Shown: positions 13,600 to 25,641 of the stretch, piece by piece | How the letters are laid out: every line of letters starts with the position of its first letter | How positions within the stretch are numbered: the stretch's first letter is position 1 | NCBI GenBank assembly: GCA_029953675.1 | Contig: JAMWBK010000005.1 | Span: 2,790,001 to 2,854,000 of the forward strand | DNA from: Rhodosorus marinus CCMP1338 | Taxonomy: Eukaryota; Plantae; Rhodophyta | Direction of reading: 5' to 3' | DNA: 64,000 nt | Notes under the pieces: model-generated | Databases searched by the model: none | The model's input: the letters and a program-made list of their open reading frames with translations, nothing else | What the model was told of the DNA's origin: nothing | Made by a program: the position numbers and the translations under genes

Positions 13600-15460
13600 A
13601 TGCTCTCAGGTTTTTATTTTTTTGGAATTGGTGTACGGTTTGGCTCGGAATTTGGGGATTTCGACAGGCTCCAGCAGGGCTGCATTTCACATAAAAAACC
13701 TTTCGACACTGGGCTCTACATTTTCGGCGATGCACGCAAACATGGCGCAGAAGACCGCTCTCGATCGATTGTGCTAAGTTTACTATTCAGCTCTGTAGGA
13801 GCTTTGAAAACCCGCGTCTTCTCTCCCGCCTTTGTGATCATGACCTGATGCACTTTCTCCTTCCTTCGGGCTTCGCAGGTAGTATTCCCACTATCCAGCC
13901 TTCCCCGTTGATCCTCGACGCTTGCCATGCATACGCTGAACGGGCTCAATTGCCTCATTACCGCATGCTCTAGAATTCTGTTCTTTGTTTTCACTCCTCT
14001 CCAGCTCGTTGGCAAAATCGGCGAGAAGCTTTCCGAGTTTCACGCGACCATCCCTAGACGAACGGATATAGAGGTTCCTCACCGTTTCTGCGGCCTCCAA
14101 CGCCTCCGCTTGAACCAACTCGAGTGGGGGGTTCACAGGCATGTGACCGCGATGTTCCGGGATTGCTTTTGTTACGTACCAGCCGGCCTTCAAACTCTTC
14201 TTTGGGATCTTTCCGAGGACATCTAACAGGAAACTTCGTCTTCTATGGCAGTTCTCCAGCGACTTCCCGTAGTCCGAGGCCAAGTAATGTACCTGCGAAC
14301 ATATCCCCATGATTTAATCTACGACGGTTCAGCGGGAGTCATAGTTGTGCTGTTAAACGTACATTCACGGAGCATTTGCAAATATCAGCAGAACTCCTCC
14401 GCGGGAGCCCGGACGAAGCCGACTTCTTCGACTCATTGGAAAGTGAATATTTACAAACGCATATCAGTCGATCCGCAGTAGTGGACCGGAACCTCAATGA
14501 GTTGAACTCTCGCAGGAGTTCCTTTACCTTGCCCCTGTCCGTACCTAAGTATTGGCCTTTGGAGACCACATGAAGAGGTTATATTAGATCCTAATGTACT
14601 TAAGGCATTAATTATACCGACCAAACAAATATTTCCGCCCTTGTGCATACCTTTGACCAGGAAAGATTCCTCTAGCCACGGAACTCCTATCCTCCGACTG
14701 AAGTCTGTAGTCACTTCCATTCTCAATCATATCGAGTCCAATTCCTCAAAAACTCGCGGATATCCTTGATAAAACCCAAATTCTCATATACGAATTATGT
14801 ATTGAGCTCCTGAAAGCGTCCAGAAGCAATTCCGAACCTATCCCCCTAAACCTCTTCGCTTCGCTTCGCTTCGAGAAGACCTCAAAGTTCTCCTCCAAAC
14901 ATCCGTAGACGTTACGGGTGACACTCACACACAAAAAGCGGAATTTATTCTGGAATTCACATTTTCCAAAGTGATGCTGCTGTGGTTTGCAAGCGAAAAC
15001 AGGCATCCTCTTCAGCTGAGTAGCTACCAACTCAAGCACAGCGGTGGAATTCATGTGGCGTAGTAGCAGAGATGAAGGAGACAGTCTCAGCCTTTTAACA
15101 ACCAAAGCTCCATGTGAATGCTCGTGTGAAAGTTTAGGGTTTCTGCTTGCCAACCAACTGCTAAGAAAATTGGAGCTCCCGTATGCAACATGACTCCATT
15201 GAAAAAAAAAAATAACTTGCAGGAATCTGCCTCATTAGACAGACATCGGAGAGGAAGACATCAGGAGCTATCCGGAGCTTCTCTCCTCTTGGACGTGTGT
15301 CTGTATGCGGCCGATTCCTGCGAGTCCTTTTTCAAGGTAATGATTTTGGATACGCGAGCTCCGGCGTCACAGGTGATAAGCAGTTATTTCTGCTTAAAGA
15401 AACCGTGCCAGGAGATAGAAAGAAGGTTGTCAGCTACAGCTGCGTTTTGAAAACTCTTCA
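13600..15460 (-). mobile_element. Possible decayed Mutator-like (MULE) transposase relic
   Basis: Broken minus-strand ORFs with FAR1-like pieces (ITCDAG...KRR...C) and a MULE-like TADRLICVCKYSLSNESKKS segment. Many stops and frameshifts; no TIRs found. Motif match is weak. Confidence 0.3.
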
Positions 15461-16853
15461 AGTCAACAACCCTGTGAGAGTTCGATGATGAGTATCAGGA
15501 GCCTTCGTAAACCCTCGCTATGCAGTTTAACCCCTTGTAGCCTCAACCGAATCTAGTTCCATAAGACCTTTCATAAAGCATGAGCTAGAAAAGAAATCCG
15601 TTGAGACAAGATTCGGTTGAAGACCACTAGGAGTAAACTGCAGCGACTACTAATAAGCTGATTCCTTGATACTTACAACATAACTCTCGCAAGTCCGGTA
15701 GGAGATTGAGGGTGGGGGAGAGAGATGGGAACAAACGCTGGGCCCGAAAAAGCCACAGCATCTCTTGACACATTCAAAACTTCTCTCACAGCTACAGAAA
15801 ACAAAGCCTTTTCAGAACGCATCCAGCCCTCGTCAGGTTTCTGCTATCCCTTCTGTCCCGCAAACTATTATAAAATGGGACAGCCTGTTACGGTGGTTCC
15901 ATCCCGCGCTTGGTAATTTCCTTGTTCGGGAGAGAGAGCGAAGAGGTGTAGATCTACAGACGCTGGCATTCAAAAGTCATATGCCCTTGCAACTGACAAG
16001 ACGGGAAAGGACTGTCTTTGGTCGCTGCCGAAGAGCTTGAAGCTGTCAACTGAGGTTGAGTGACCTGTATGGTACACCAGCCCGTTTGGCAAATGGTTTT
16101 TCGACGAGGCGGTCAGCGCAAAGATTGGGCTGCTTATACCGTAAAGGTTTCCTGAAAACCCTCAGGATGCTTATACGAAAGCCCTGGACATGTTGATGAA
16201 GTACGGTGACGCCGAAAACCCAGCAAAGCCCGTCGAAAGCAGAAGCTGGAGAAGTTTACATTTCGGTCAGAAGTTCAAAGTAAGCTGAATCCAATAAGCC
16301 GAGAGATGTGTGGCATCAACCCAAACGCCTTGATCCAGCTAGCAGCGATGCCACAGCTAAGCAAGTTCCTCTCCTACTTTGCCTGTTGCCGCCGCTCATC
16401 TACTTGTGAAAACGGTTTCCACTGACTTTCACACATGACTCCTCACAACCCATCCCCCTTTAGATCCCTCACGACACAATCAATTTTTTTATCCACCACC
16501 CCCCGGGCGGGGGGTAGACAATCATCAACTCAAAATCTATTTTCCATAGTTTTATGAATATTAGTGTCGAATTTTGGTTTCATGTACGTCTAGAGGTGTA
16601 TTTTTGGAATTCCTTGGAGGAACCGATGAGGATTGAGAAGTTTTCTTCTGTTGAGGAGGATGGAAGAGGAAGGGGGAAGGAGACAGTCTGGGCAATAGTC
16701 TTCTGAGTTGTATAGGAACTGCATCTTGCCTTTCGTTTGTTTATTGGTGGTAGTAGTTCTAGGGGGAGCGACTTTTTTTTCGGTTGGTTGAAGCGGGGTA
16801 AGCCTTATGCGTAGATTTGGTTGTTTCTCAGGGCTATGAGAAGACTGGAGAGG

Positions 16854-18947
16854 ATGAAAGCCGCCTGTTTGATTTTTTTGATCTCCCTGTTCGGGTATGT
16901 ACTGAGCTATTCCTATACCGAGTACCCTCCGTTTGCTCTTGGGGAAGGCCATCCGGAGTATTCAATGCAATCGCCTTATAAGATGGAAGGGAATGAGGTG
17001 GGTATTTGGGCGCTTCAACGATAGCTTTCGGTGTTTTTTTTCGTGAGTATTTGATGCTAAAGATCAGCTCGTTTTGTGTGTCCTGAACTCTATGCTCCGC
17101 GTGTTTCATGTGAAGATCAAGAATTGGTCAATGACTGGATCCGCCAGAGTCATGCGTGACGTCGAAAGGATGCTAATCCTTTTGAACTATGGGATGCCGT
17201 CTCAAAGTGGAATGGTCTCCTTGGGGATTCCCTTGAACACAGAGGACTTCTACATGTACACGGACGCCGAGATTCGTTTGCGTAAGTCCATCCCAATCGA
17301 TGTTTTCGCGACCTCTTCTATGGTATACATTTGACGGTGTTTCCCTGCTTCCTATAGCTCAAAACATGCCCGCACCTGGACTGGGAATCGCGATCTGGTT
17401 CTCCAACGAGCGTATTGTGAGCTCGGGCCCAGCGTTTGGTGCTCGCGAGGACATAAGGGCGACTGGACTTATCCTTCAACCTGATCCTGTATCCCGAGAA
17501 GCACGTTTGGTACTGGTAGGATAGAACATGAGGGTTTTCCAACATTTTTCCCGTTTGCTGTGGTCAAGGATCATGTTCAGCTCACTGCAGACTACTTTCT
17601 CTGTCCTTCCTCGAGCTCCAGGTTACCGCGAATGGCGCCGACGGTGCCTTGCTGGGGGACATGCAGACCAAGAGCACTGATCAGGTACTTATAACTAGCG
17701 TTTACAAGTCTTTGTTGGGAACCCATCGACTCCGTTTGGAGTCACCAACAGCTTTGCTGAGAAGGGCAAATTTCAATCGTCATATCCCCAACAGCTGGAA
17801 AACGGCACATACTGTACTGCTGGTAGTTTTGCATTGATGAAGAGAATTTTCGTATCCTACGCCAACGGGACCCTGAAGGTAAGAAAGTCGTCTACTCTGA
17901 TGTTATGTTACGTTTGACCTGACAAGCAGGGAACCTTCTTTCTCTCGAGTGCAGGTCTGGATAAAGGATATTCCTGGTGATGGCTTACCAAAACTTTGCA
18001 TCGTGAAATCAATACCATCGGTGGGAAGGTACTTTGCAGTTTCTGCTGCAACTGTGATTACGGCATATTCCGAGCATTACTTGCACACTGTACAGATTCG
18101 ACCAATGGAGAAGAATCAACTCCCACAGAACCCCAGAATGGTTCGAAATGTTGATCCAAGTACGCTGGTTTTGCCAAATCGTCTACCCACTCACCGCTCC
18201 TGCGATAGAACTCTGTTCAAATCATCGTGTGCGGGAACAAGACGCTGACCGCTCGGACTAAGCCTCTGCTACTTCCTGCCCGTTTCTTTGACAGACGACC
18301 ACCATCAAAGAATTGACATGAAGCTATACGATCTCCAAGCAACGCTTGTAACTCAATTGAACCGGCCCAATACCAGTGAGGTAAGACTTTTGCTACCGCC
18401 ATCCATGCCAACGCCAACCTTGCTTCAGAGATCGATATGAACTGCTCAGCTGTGTGGAATTCCATTCACCAGAAATTCCTGAAGGAGACGAGACATGCGA
18501 TGGACGCGATCTTCTCGTTTCTGGGGAGGAAGGAAATGATGATGAACGATATCCTTAGCATGAGATCCTCGAAAGAAGTCATCCAATCGCAGCTGAAAAC
18601 CATTTCTCAGAGCGCAACAACTGTAAGCGGGTCGTGTACCAGTTGCAAGTTTTCACCTTGCAATTTTTGTCCACTAACGTAGCGTTTGTGTACATTCTTT
18701 TGGCATTGTGTTTATGTCGGTATAGTTGCAGGTCGCGGTCGATCAGATCGCCTCGAAGACAAGCTTCTTTAAGTCCAACCACAACGATCTTCAACTGAAA
18801 GTCCGCCAACAAGTGGCGGAGTTAAAGCGACAGAACGAGAAGCAGAACAGCCCCGCTCTGTTTATTATCTTTGTTATCTCGACGCAGATTGCCTTCCTGG
18901 CTCTGTTCTATTACTCGCGGTCGTCGGATCAACCCGCACGGTGGTGA
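16854..18947 (+). CDS. ERGIC-53/VIP36/Emp47-like L-type lectin, type I membrane protein, multi-exon
   Basis: Signal peptide MKAACLIFLISLFG, NWSMTGSA, GIAIWFSNERIVSSGPAFG (cf. GLAIWYT...GPVFG), GRYFAVSAAT (cf. GYYFG.SA.T), a coiled-coil stalk, and a C-terminal TM followed by a short tail. Confidence 0.8.
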
Positions 18948-19883
18948 TGGTGGGTGAACGAACCGCGAAATATAGCGGCCAATTCACGATATGAAAGCAC
19001 AAGGGTAGGAGCCGCGTTGGATTAGCGCTGACGAAAGCCGCATTGCTGCTCATGTGGAGGAGCGGACGCACTTTTAAGTTGGCTATTTGTTCAGATCGAT
19101 GGCCGCACTGGTATCAGATCAGTTGGAAGCGGCGGGAATTTTGTAGCTCGTGATTGTGGCTCCTCGGGTGTAGCTTTGCAACTCCCCGATTCTGAATGTG
19201 TATCCGCCTTCACGTTTGCTAAATAAAACGTTTGCTAAATAAAAGACCCTGTGGGGTGGCCAATGCTGCGGCCAAGGCGACCTCGGCATAGGCAGAAGGT
19301 CACCTGACAACTACTTAGCAATATGGAATCAGGGTTCGCACGATAATTGAGACAAGCACGAAAGACCCCAGGTCGGCATCTTCATCAGTCGAAATGGGGC
19401 TTCTGACCGGTCACCCATCCCTCTTTGTGTACTGAGCGCCTGTGGCTCTGTCGTCGACGTTTCTCAAAGCGTCTCGAAGCAAAGATCAGACGGAAACCAA
19501 TACCTGTCAGTCCGTTCCGGCCGCAGCTGTTCAAAACTCAGATTCTTCAATTTGAAGCATCGGTTTCATTCATCAAACCATCCATAAAGTGTAGCTCTAC
19601 AGTTCCATCGTTGGACGGATATGCCTTTCCATGTAGACAGCTGTTCGGAGCAGTCCTACTGGTAGTACTTGAATCTGCGCTAGATGGTTAAGCTCATGCG
19701 CTTCCACGTCGAAGCTTTGAAGAGAGAAAGATGGCGGATAGATTCGAAGACGAAGGCTAGTGGAACGTTTCTGAAGGTATTGGTTTGGAAAGGGTATAGC
19801 TGATCGTTTGATGTACACGAGTTTGGTCTGAACTGCGTGAGCTTGGAGTAGTCTGAGACGTTCGGAGATTGAACTGAGAGAAA

Positions 19884-20758
19884 ATGGATCCGGAGGGCGT
19901 CGGAACCGTATATCGGATTGATTACTTTGAAGATGAGAGCGCAGTACCTTGCAGATCTGGGAGTATTGAGTTCGCGATAGGTGAAGGGCAAGTGATTCCG
20001 CAGATCGAGGAGGCTGTACGGAATCTCGAAGTGGGAAACGTCGTTGCTGTGGATAATGTTCCGGCAAATTTCAGCAACGGATTGAACGTGAGGCTCGTCT
20101 CGAAAACGCCACCTCCAATACCCTACCTGACCCCCGAGCAGCATCGCCAGAAGGGGAACAACCTGGTGATGCAGAAGGACTACGGCGAGGCGCTACTCGA
20201 GTACAGACGAGGGTTGAAACTGCTTCAGAAAGACCATCAAAAGGACTTGGAGATTAGCTTGAGGTATTTCAGAACATGCAAAGTCCAAAAATAACAGAAC
20301 CCAACCGCATCAGATCACCACAGCACCCTCTGACGCGTCGTGTTCAAAAACCGGCTTTTCTGCAACAAACGAATAGATTGAACGCAGCACTATGCCTTAC
20401 GAAACTGGGAAGGTGGAGAGAAGTAGCATCGCTTTGTGACATCGTCCTGAGCAAGGATGCGAACCGAGCCAAAGCCTTGTTTCGCCGGGGGGTAGCATAC
20501 CAAAATCTAGGTAACATCCTACCTATTATGCATATTTCTAGAACGTATCTTTGTCGTTGTTTTGTTAAGTTTTCTCTGTATTCCTGTGATTTAGGAGAAT
20601 TTGAGCTCGCAATCTATGATTTGTCCAGGGCCTTCGAACTGGAGGACGATCAGGCAATAGCTCGCGCGCTGGAGGAATCCGTCAAGTTCAGGGATGAGAA
20701 GAAGAAGACTAGTCGAGAGGAGTTTAGAAAGACGTATCAGATCGATATCCAGTGGTGA
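19884..20758 (+). CDS. FKBP-type peptidyl-prolyl isomerase-like domain plus TPR repeats (about 3 exons)
   Basis: FAIGEGQVIPQIEEAVRNLEVG (FKBP). QKGNNLVMQKDYGEALLEYRRG, LNAALCLTKLGRW and KALFRRGVAY (TPR). The true start may lie further upstream. Confidence 0.85.
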
Positions 20759-21202
20759 GAATTAGGATATGGTCTTTCGCGAGATATCTGAGGGCACCCT
20801 TAACCCCCCTCGACGGAAAGTTGGTCGTCTCCCGGACGGGGCTGGGGCGGCAGGATGCTCGTCGGGCTGGGATGAACTCTTTTCATGAAAAGGCTTTCAG
20901 AATCTGCGGTTCTTGACCCTTCTCTGTGGACGGTTTGCCTAGAATATTCCCTTCTTGTTTACTCTCACTGGTCAGCCCCAGCAACCCCGCCAGGTGGGAT
21001 GGGGGGCTGGTGTTCAGCGTATATAGTTCGTGAAGACTGATGGTCTCGAGGATTCTGAGTGTCATCCATGTGAGCGAGGCCTTCCCGGAATTGAAGATAG
21101 AGGAATGCCCCAAACGAAGAGGTCAGAGAACATATATATACGACTTTAGTAAAAGTTAATGAAGGGTATAGAGAAGAAACAACGTGTTCCTAGGCTGATC
21201 TG

Positions 21203-22645
21203 TCATGCTTGTATGGCGGCCTCGGCGACGTTTGAGAAGACAAACCCCATTATGACGAGTATGGTTCCCGTGAAATAGAGAACCGTGTAGGTCGAGCCAT
21301 GTATGATTGTGTCCGCGATGAGGGAGAGGGGTATCGACAAGGACGTTGCGATGGTTGCGATCAGTGGAGTCGTAAGCAACACCGACCTGGTGTAAATTTT
21401 GAGATAGAACCTGACGATTAGTAATCTGCGAAAACCGATCCTGGCTACTTGCTTTCAGATTTTCGATCGTACCTTGCCCAAAGATAATCTGAAAGTACCG
21501 TTCCAAGAAGGCCGTTCACGGTGAGGAGTAGAATGAGCCTCCCGCTAGGCATCTCAAACGTCTCGAAGCCAAATTTGTCTAACACTAAGAACAGCGGCCA
21601 GAGGATTAGGAGGTTGAACAGGCCGACGAATCCTGTTACAAAGAACGGTTCCGAGGAGACAAGACAGAAAAACGTATATTCAGACCACGTCCCAGAGCCA
21701 AGCCCGAGGCTTGCGCAGTTTTCAGATGCAAAGAGGCTTTCGCGAGTATAAGATCCCTCACTTACCGAAGAATAGGAGCATATCAATTTTGCGGTCGTCT
21801 TCAAGCTTAACCTTGAGGAACGTCGTATACAATCCATACCCCAGGGCGGCGAGGAGAGAGAACAAATCTCCGACAAAAGAGCTTTTGTGAACGATATCTT
21901 GAATATCGTACAAGCCTATCATGCCAACCCCGAGGATACTGTTCCGGGAGGGCGGGGCGAGACGAAACTGGTCAGCTCTAGTTTGACATGTACTAATTTT
22001 GCAAAGCCCTTTGCACTTTTGCTCTTACTTTAGAATCACCGAGAGGGCTTTCATCGCGCTGTAGCTTTCTGCGCCGATGGACACCCCGATCAAGAACGTG
22101 AACAGGCCCGACGCCGTACTCAGAGTTGAGCTAGAGGACACCGACGTCATGTGAAGCCCCAAATTAAAGGTGTAGTTTGCAATGAACCACAGCGGGGAGA
22201 AGAAAAATGCCCGTTGCATGAGCTCCGGGAGGTTAAACTGGGCATCATCTGCAGATCCTGGAATGTCAATGCTCTTAAAATTCCTCGCTTCCACTAGACT
22301 ATATTTCCCACCATCCAGGAGCTCCCTCGTTTCACCACCTTCTGCCGCATCCACATCACCGCTTCCCCCGCCGTTGAAGCGATTTCCGACCCAGAACCAA
22401 AAGCTCCTCCGGACGAGCAACCGAAGCAGATAGATCGAGAACAATCCAGTATTAAAATACGTTATGAAAAACGGCTTTGAAAACTCCAAGTCACCAAATA
22501 TGTACTGAATCATCTCAGAACTCGACACCCATATCACCGCAACAGACAAAACCATCGCAACCCCCACATAGTGTCGACGATTCTCTCCTCGAGAAAGGTT
22601 GGACCTCATGGAACGATTGCTCAGGAACGAATCACTACGTTCCAT
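21203..22645 (-). CDS. SLC35F5/THI74-like EamA (DMT) transporter, multi-exon
   Basis: IWVSSSEMIQYIF, KPFFITYFNT, PLWFIANYTFN, TSVSSSSTLSTASGLFT, FFGFVGLFN-like segment, NGLLGTVLSDYLWAR, LTTPLIAT..SLSIPLS. Confidence 0.9.
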
Positions 22646-22942
22646 ATCGTGTCCACCTCTGAACAAAAAACCTCCCAACACCTAACCCCCTCCCCCCCAA
22701 CACTCAAACCACTACCAGCTCACACTCAATACTCACTATCATAACCGTCCTAAGACACACACGAAAAAGAAAACTGGTGTCTGAACAGACTCACCAGAAA
22801 GCATACCAAACAGCAGCTTTCGTTCCATATAAGACAGGGTTTCTTTATCGTACTCTTCCACTGAATCCAAACTACCATCTGTCTCCTCCCCTCCTTCCCC
22901 CTGGCGACACGAAAAACGCCAACCCTTTACTTCCGTCGTAGC

Positions 22943-23200
22943 TGGTGATCGATCCTCCGTGCGGTAGGGTGTTCATGACGCCTTTTCCAACGCATCTTCG
23001 TGGCGACTATGGTGTACTAGACGAAGTGGACAAATACCTCTCAGGTCCAGAAGATCTTATCCTACTGACACCTTTTACGGTCATACAAAGAGGAAGAGGA
23101 GTCTTCAGCAAGGTCTGCCGTTGGGAGGACGCCCACGTCGCCATCCATTTTGAAAAGTCGCCTCTTGGACTCTATGCAGCAATGTTGCGGTTCCTGGTAA
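22943..23200 (+). mobile_element. Possible second CRE-like non-LTR retrotransposon RT relic
   Basis: Begins TGGTGATCGAT (LVID), as does the relic at 24735-24745. Followed by VLDEVDKYL and SLQQGLPLG (cf. GVQQGDPLG) across frameshifts. Confidence 0.3.
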
Positions 23201-23525
23201 GATCTAAGACTTTTTAAATACCCTAGGTGGTGGCTCTTTTTCTTCTCCGTCCCCAATAGAAACCCGGCTCTGCATGTTTCGTTTTCCGGTAGCAGGAGGC
23301 GAGCTTGTTCCTCTTCCAAGAGACCATCCCGGTTTGATTACCAACACGCGGCAGTGAGACTAAGTTTCTAGTCCTGCAGATGTGTATACTATCTAATGCT
23401 TTTTCCACCACCACAGAGGGTGGCTTTCCTTTCGATCCCAAAGCAAACCTACTCGGAATGCTTCGTTTTCGAGCAAAACACACACACTCCGGAGACGGTA
23501 TCTTCACTTGCTCTTCAATTGCGAG

Positions 23526-23561
23526 GCTCTTCGGCATCCTGATGATCAGAAACTATCCATC
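23526..23561 (+). repeat. Dispersed repeat, inverted copy at 34865-34900
   Basis: GCTCTTCGGCATCCTGATGATCAGAAACTATCCATC vs the reverse complement of 34865-34900, 34/36 identical. Weaker similarity continues about 40 bp further. Confidence 0.8.
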
Positions 23562-24249
23562 ACAAGAAACCAGATAGGTATGGACGAGTCTTGACCATCA
23601 AGTAGGAACGATATGAAGCTGGAGCACTACGCTCTTGGGCTACGCTGTGAAGACGATGACTGCGAGCACCTCTTCTCGTAATCATCGTCTTCACACATTT
23701 TCTTTCCTCAAAAAACTATCTCGACGGATTCCGTGTTTTCTGTGGATGACAGGAAACCAAAATAACTTCTCAATCTAAAATATACACAATACAATTCTTA
23801 TCCAACCAATACAGATCTTGTAAAACGTTTTCTTCTATTTTTCTGAATGTTTATACCAATGAAGATGAGTAGTTTTATCGGGAACAATCGAAGAAACCTT
23901 TTTTCCTTGCGAGAATGTTTTGTATTATTGACCAGACGAACGCGTGCGGATTTAAAATAAGGAATAAATTTTGAGTATTTTTTATTCTATTTTTTAATTT
24001 ATTGGCCAATGAAAGGGAGTAATTGGCTTTTGTATAGCTATAAAATAATTTTTTTTGGAGTTCGTTTTGTATGTAACATTGTTTATTATAAAATACAATA
24101 AAACTTTCATGTTATTTTTGAATTTTGTAGTATTTATGGTAAATTACACGTATTGGCCAATGGGATCAATATTTTGCGGTAATGAGGTTTGGATTAGAGA
24201 ATGGTGGCTTTTGCCGATGCTTAGAGACTGCGACGGTAGTTTTACCATT

Positions 24250-24935
24250 ATAGATTTAAGCGCTACGCAGGGAGTAGTATAAGCTAGGAACGATGAGCAA
24301 AAGCGTGCACGCCAAGGCTGCGGTAGCGAGCTTCGCCCTTTCCGACGGCATGTTGCAACCGGCGTGACTGTGATTTTGTTGGTTTTTGCCTGATTTCCCC
24401 CAACGACTGGCGGTAGCACGGATTGCTGTAAGCCCGCGATCAAGGTCCTCCGAGGTGCCCAACAACGTGACATCGTCGTGGTAGGTACAGATACGTCGTT
24501 CCTTCTCCTCGGTCGCGAGCCTCATAGCACCACTAGTATGGAGGACATGTCCACAAGAATCGCCTTAGCTGAACCCCCGTGGTCGCCTGAAAAATGTAGC
24601 CCGCCCAAGTTAAGTATGGCAGACCCGTGCCCTCATAGATTCCGGACAGAAACGGCCAAGCTTTCGGGAACACCCTCCTTGCCACCTCCACTGCATGCGT
24701 CCGCGAGACGCCGTGAAAAGGTGTTGCGAAAAATCGATCACCAAGGTTTCCTGGCCGGGCCTGGTCCCTCACTCCAGCTCGATGGCGTGATAGATTCTTT
24801 TGCACCCACCCAAAGTTCCCACCCCGACCTGGTAAGGCGCCATGAAGGCGCTAAAGCGCGGCCGGAACCGTTGGCGAGAGCAAACGCCCTAGCATTCTCA
24901 AACTCTCGATCAGTCCAGTTGGACGCATCCGGCGT
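24250..24935 (-). mobile_element. Decayed CRE-clade-like non-LTR retrotransposon reverse transcriptase
   Basis: RT motifs in the expected order across frameshifts: MRPTGLIESLR, APYQVGVGTLGGC..IYHAI, LVIDF, FHGVSR...RRVFPKAWPFLSGIY, TTGVQ, YHDDVTLLG. Confidence 0.75.
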
Positions 24936-25091
24936 AGTTCAGGTCTGTGATCAGCTTTGGCTAGTAGACAAGCTGTGGACGGCTGAGGTGAACCCACGGT
25001 TCAGTGGCTCTCATTTATCCACTTAGAGACGGGTTTCAGGGTCCTCAGCGACGCCTGTCGACCCCTCTCACTTCGGCGGCGCGGTGCCTCA

Positions 25092-25189
25092 CTAGGTCGG
25101 GGTGGGATGTTCAGTTGGGTGCAAAAAATAATCACTCACGCCATCGAGCTCGAGCGAGCGGCGAGGCCCGACTGGGAAACCTTGGTGAT
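25092..25189 (+). repeat. Inverted, diverged copy of the RT segment at 24737-24832
   Basis: CTAGGTCGGGGTGGGATGTTCAGTTGGGTGCAAAAAATAATCACTCACGCCATCGAGCTCGAG...GGAAACCTTGGTGAT aligns with the reverse complement of 24737-24832. Confidence 0.8.
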
Positions 25190-25641
25190 GCGGCCAATTG
25201 TGTATGGCATTCGGTTCAAGACTGATGTTTAGTCTGTGAGCAGCCCAAGGTTGAGAATCGATAGATTCCCCAAACTGTTTACTTTTCCGTTCCTTTGACA
25301 TTGCTATCTGTGTCCCTACATTCTCCCCGTATGGGTTAGTGCCTGGACAATATCATGCCACATAAACTGCCAGATGACACTTCCCCGGTACAGATGGGAC
25401 TATCTCCACCAGTGGGATTGAGAATGGGGCACAAAGCGCACATGCTTCGAGAAAACCAGGTCGCCTGTATCAGCGAGGAACGAGCGCAGAGGGTCTCACC
25501 AAGACAGGCATGAAGATCCTACCAGCTGCTGGGCAGCTTGGCGCTTTACTCTTTCACATATCATTTTGCCTATCGGTTTTCAGGTGTTTTTGGGTTCTGG
25601 TAAAATACAATTAATTAGCCCTTCGGTAGCGAAGTCAACAG

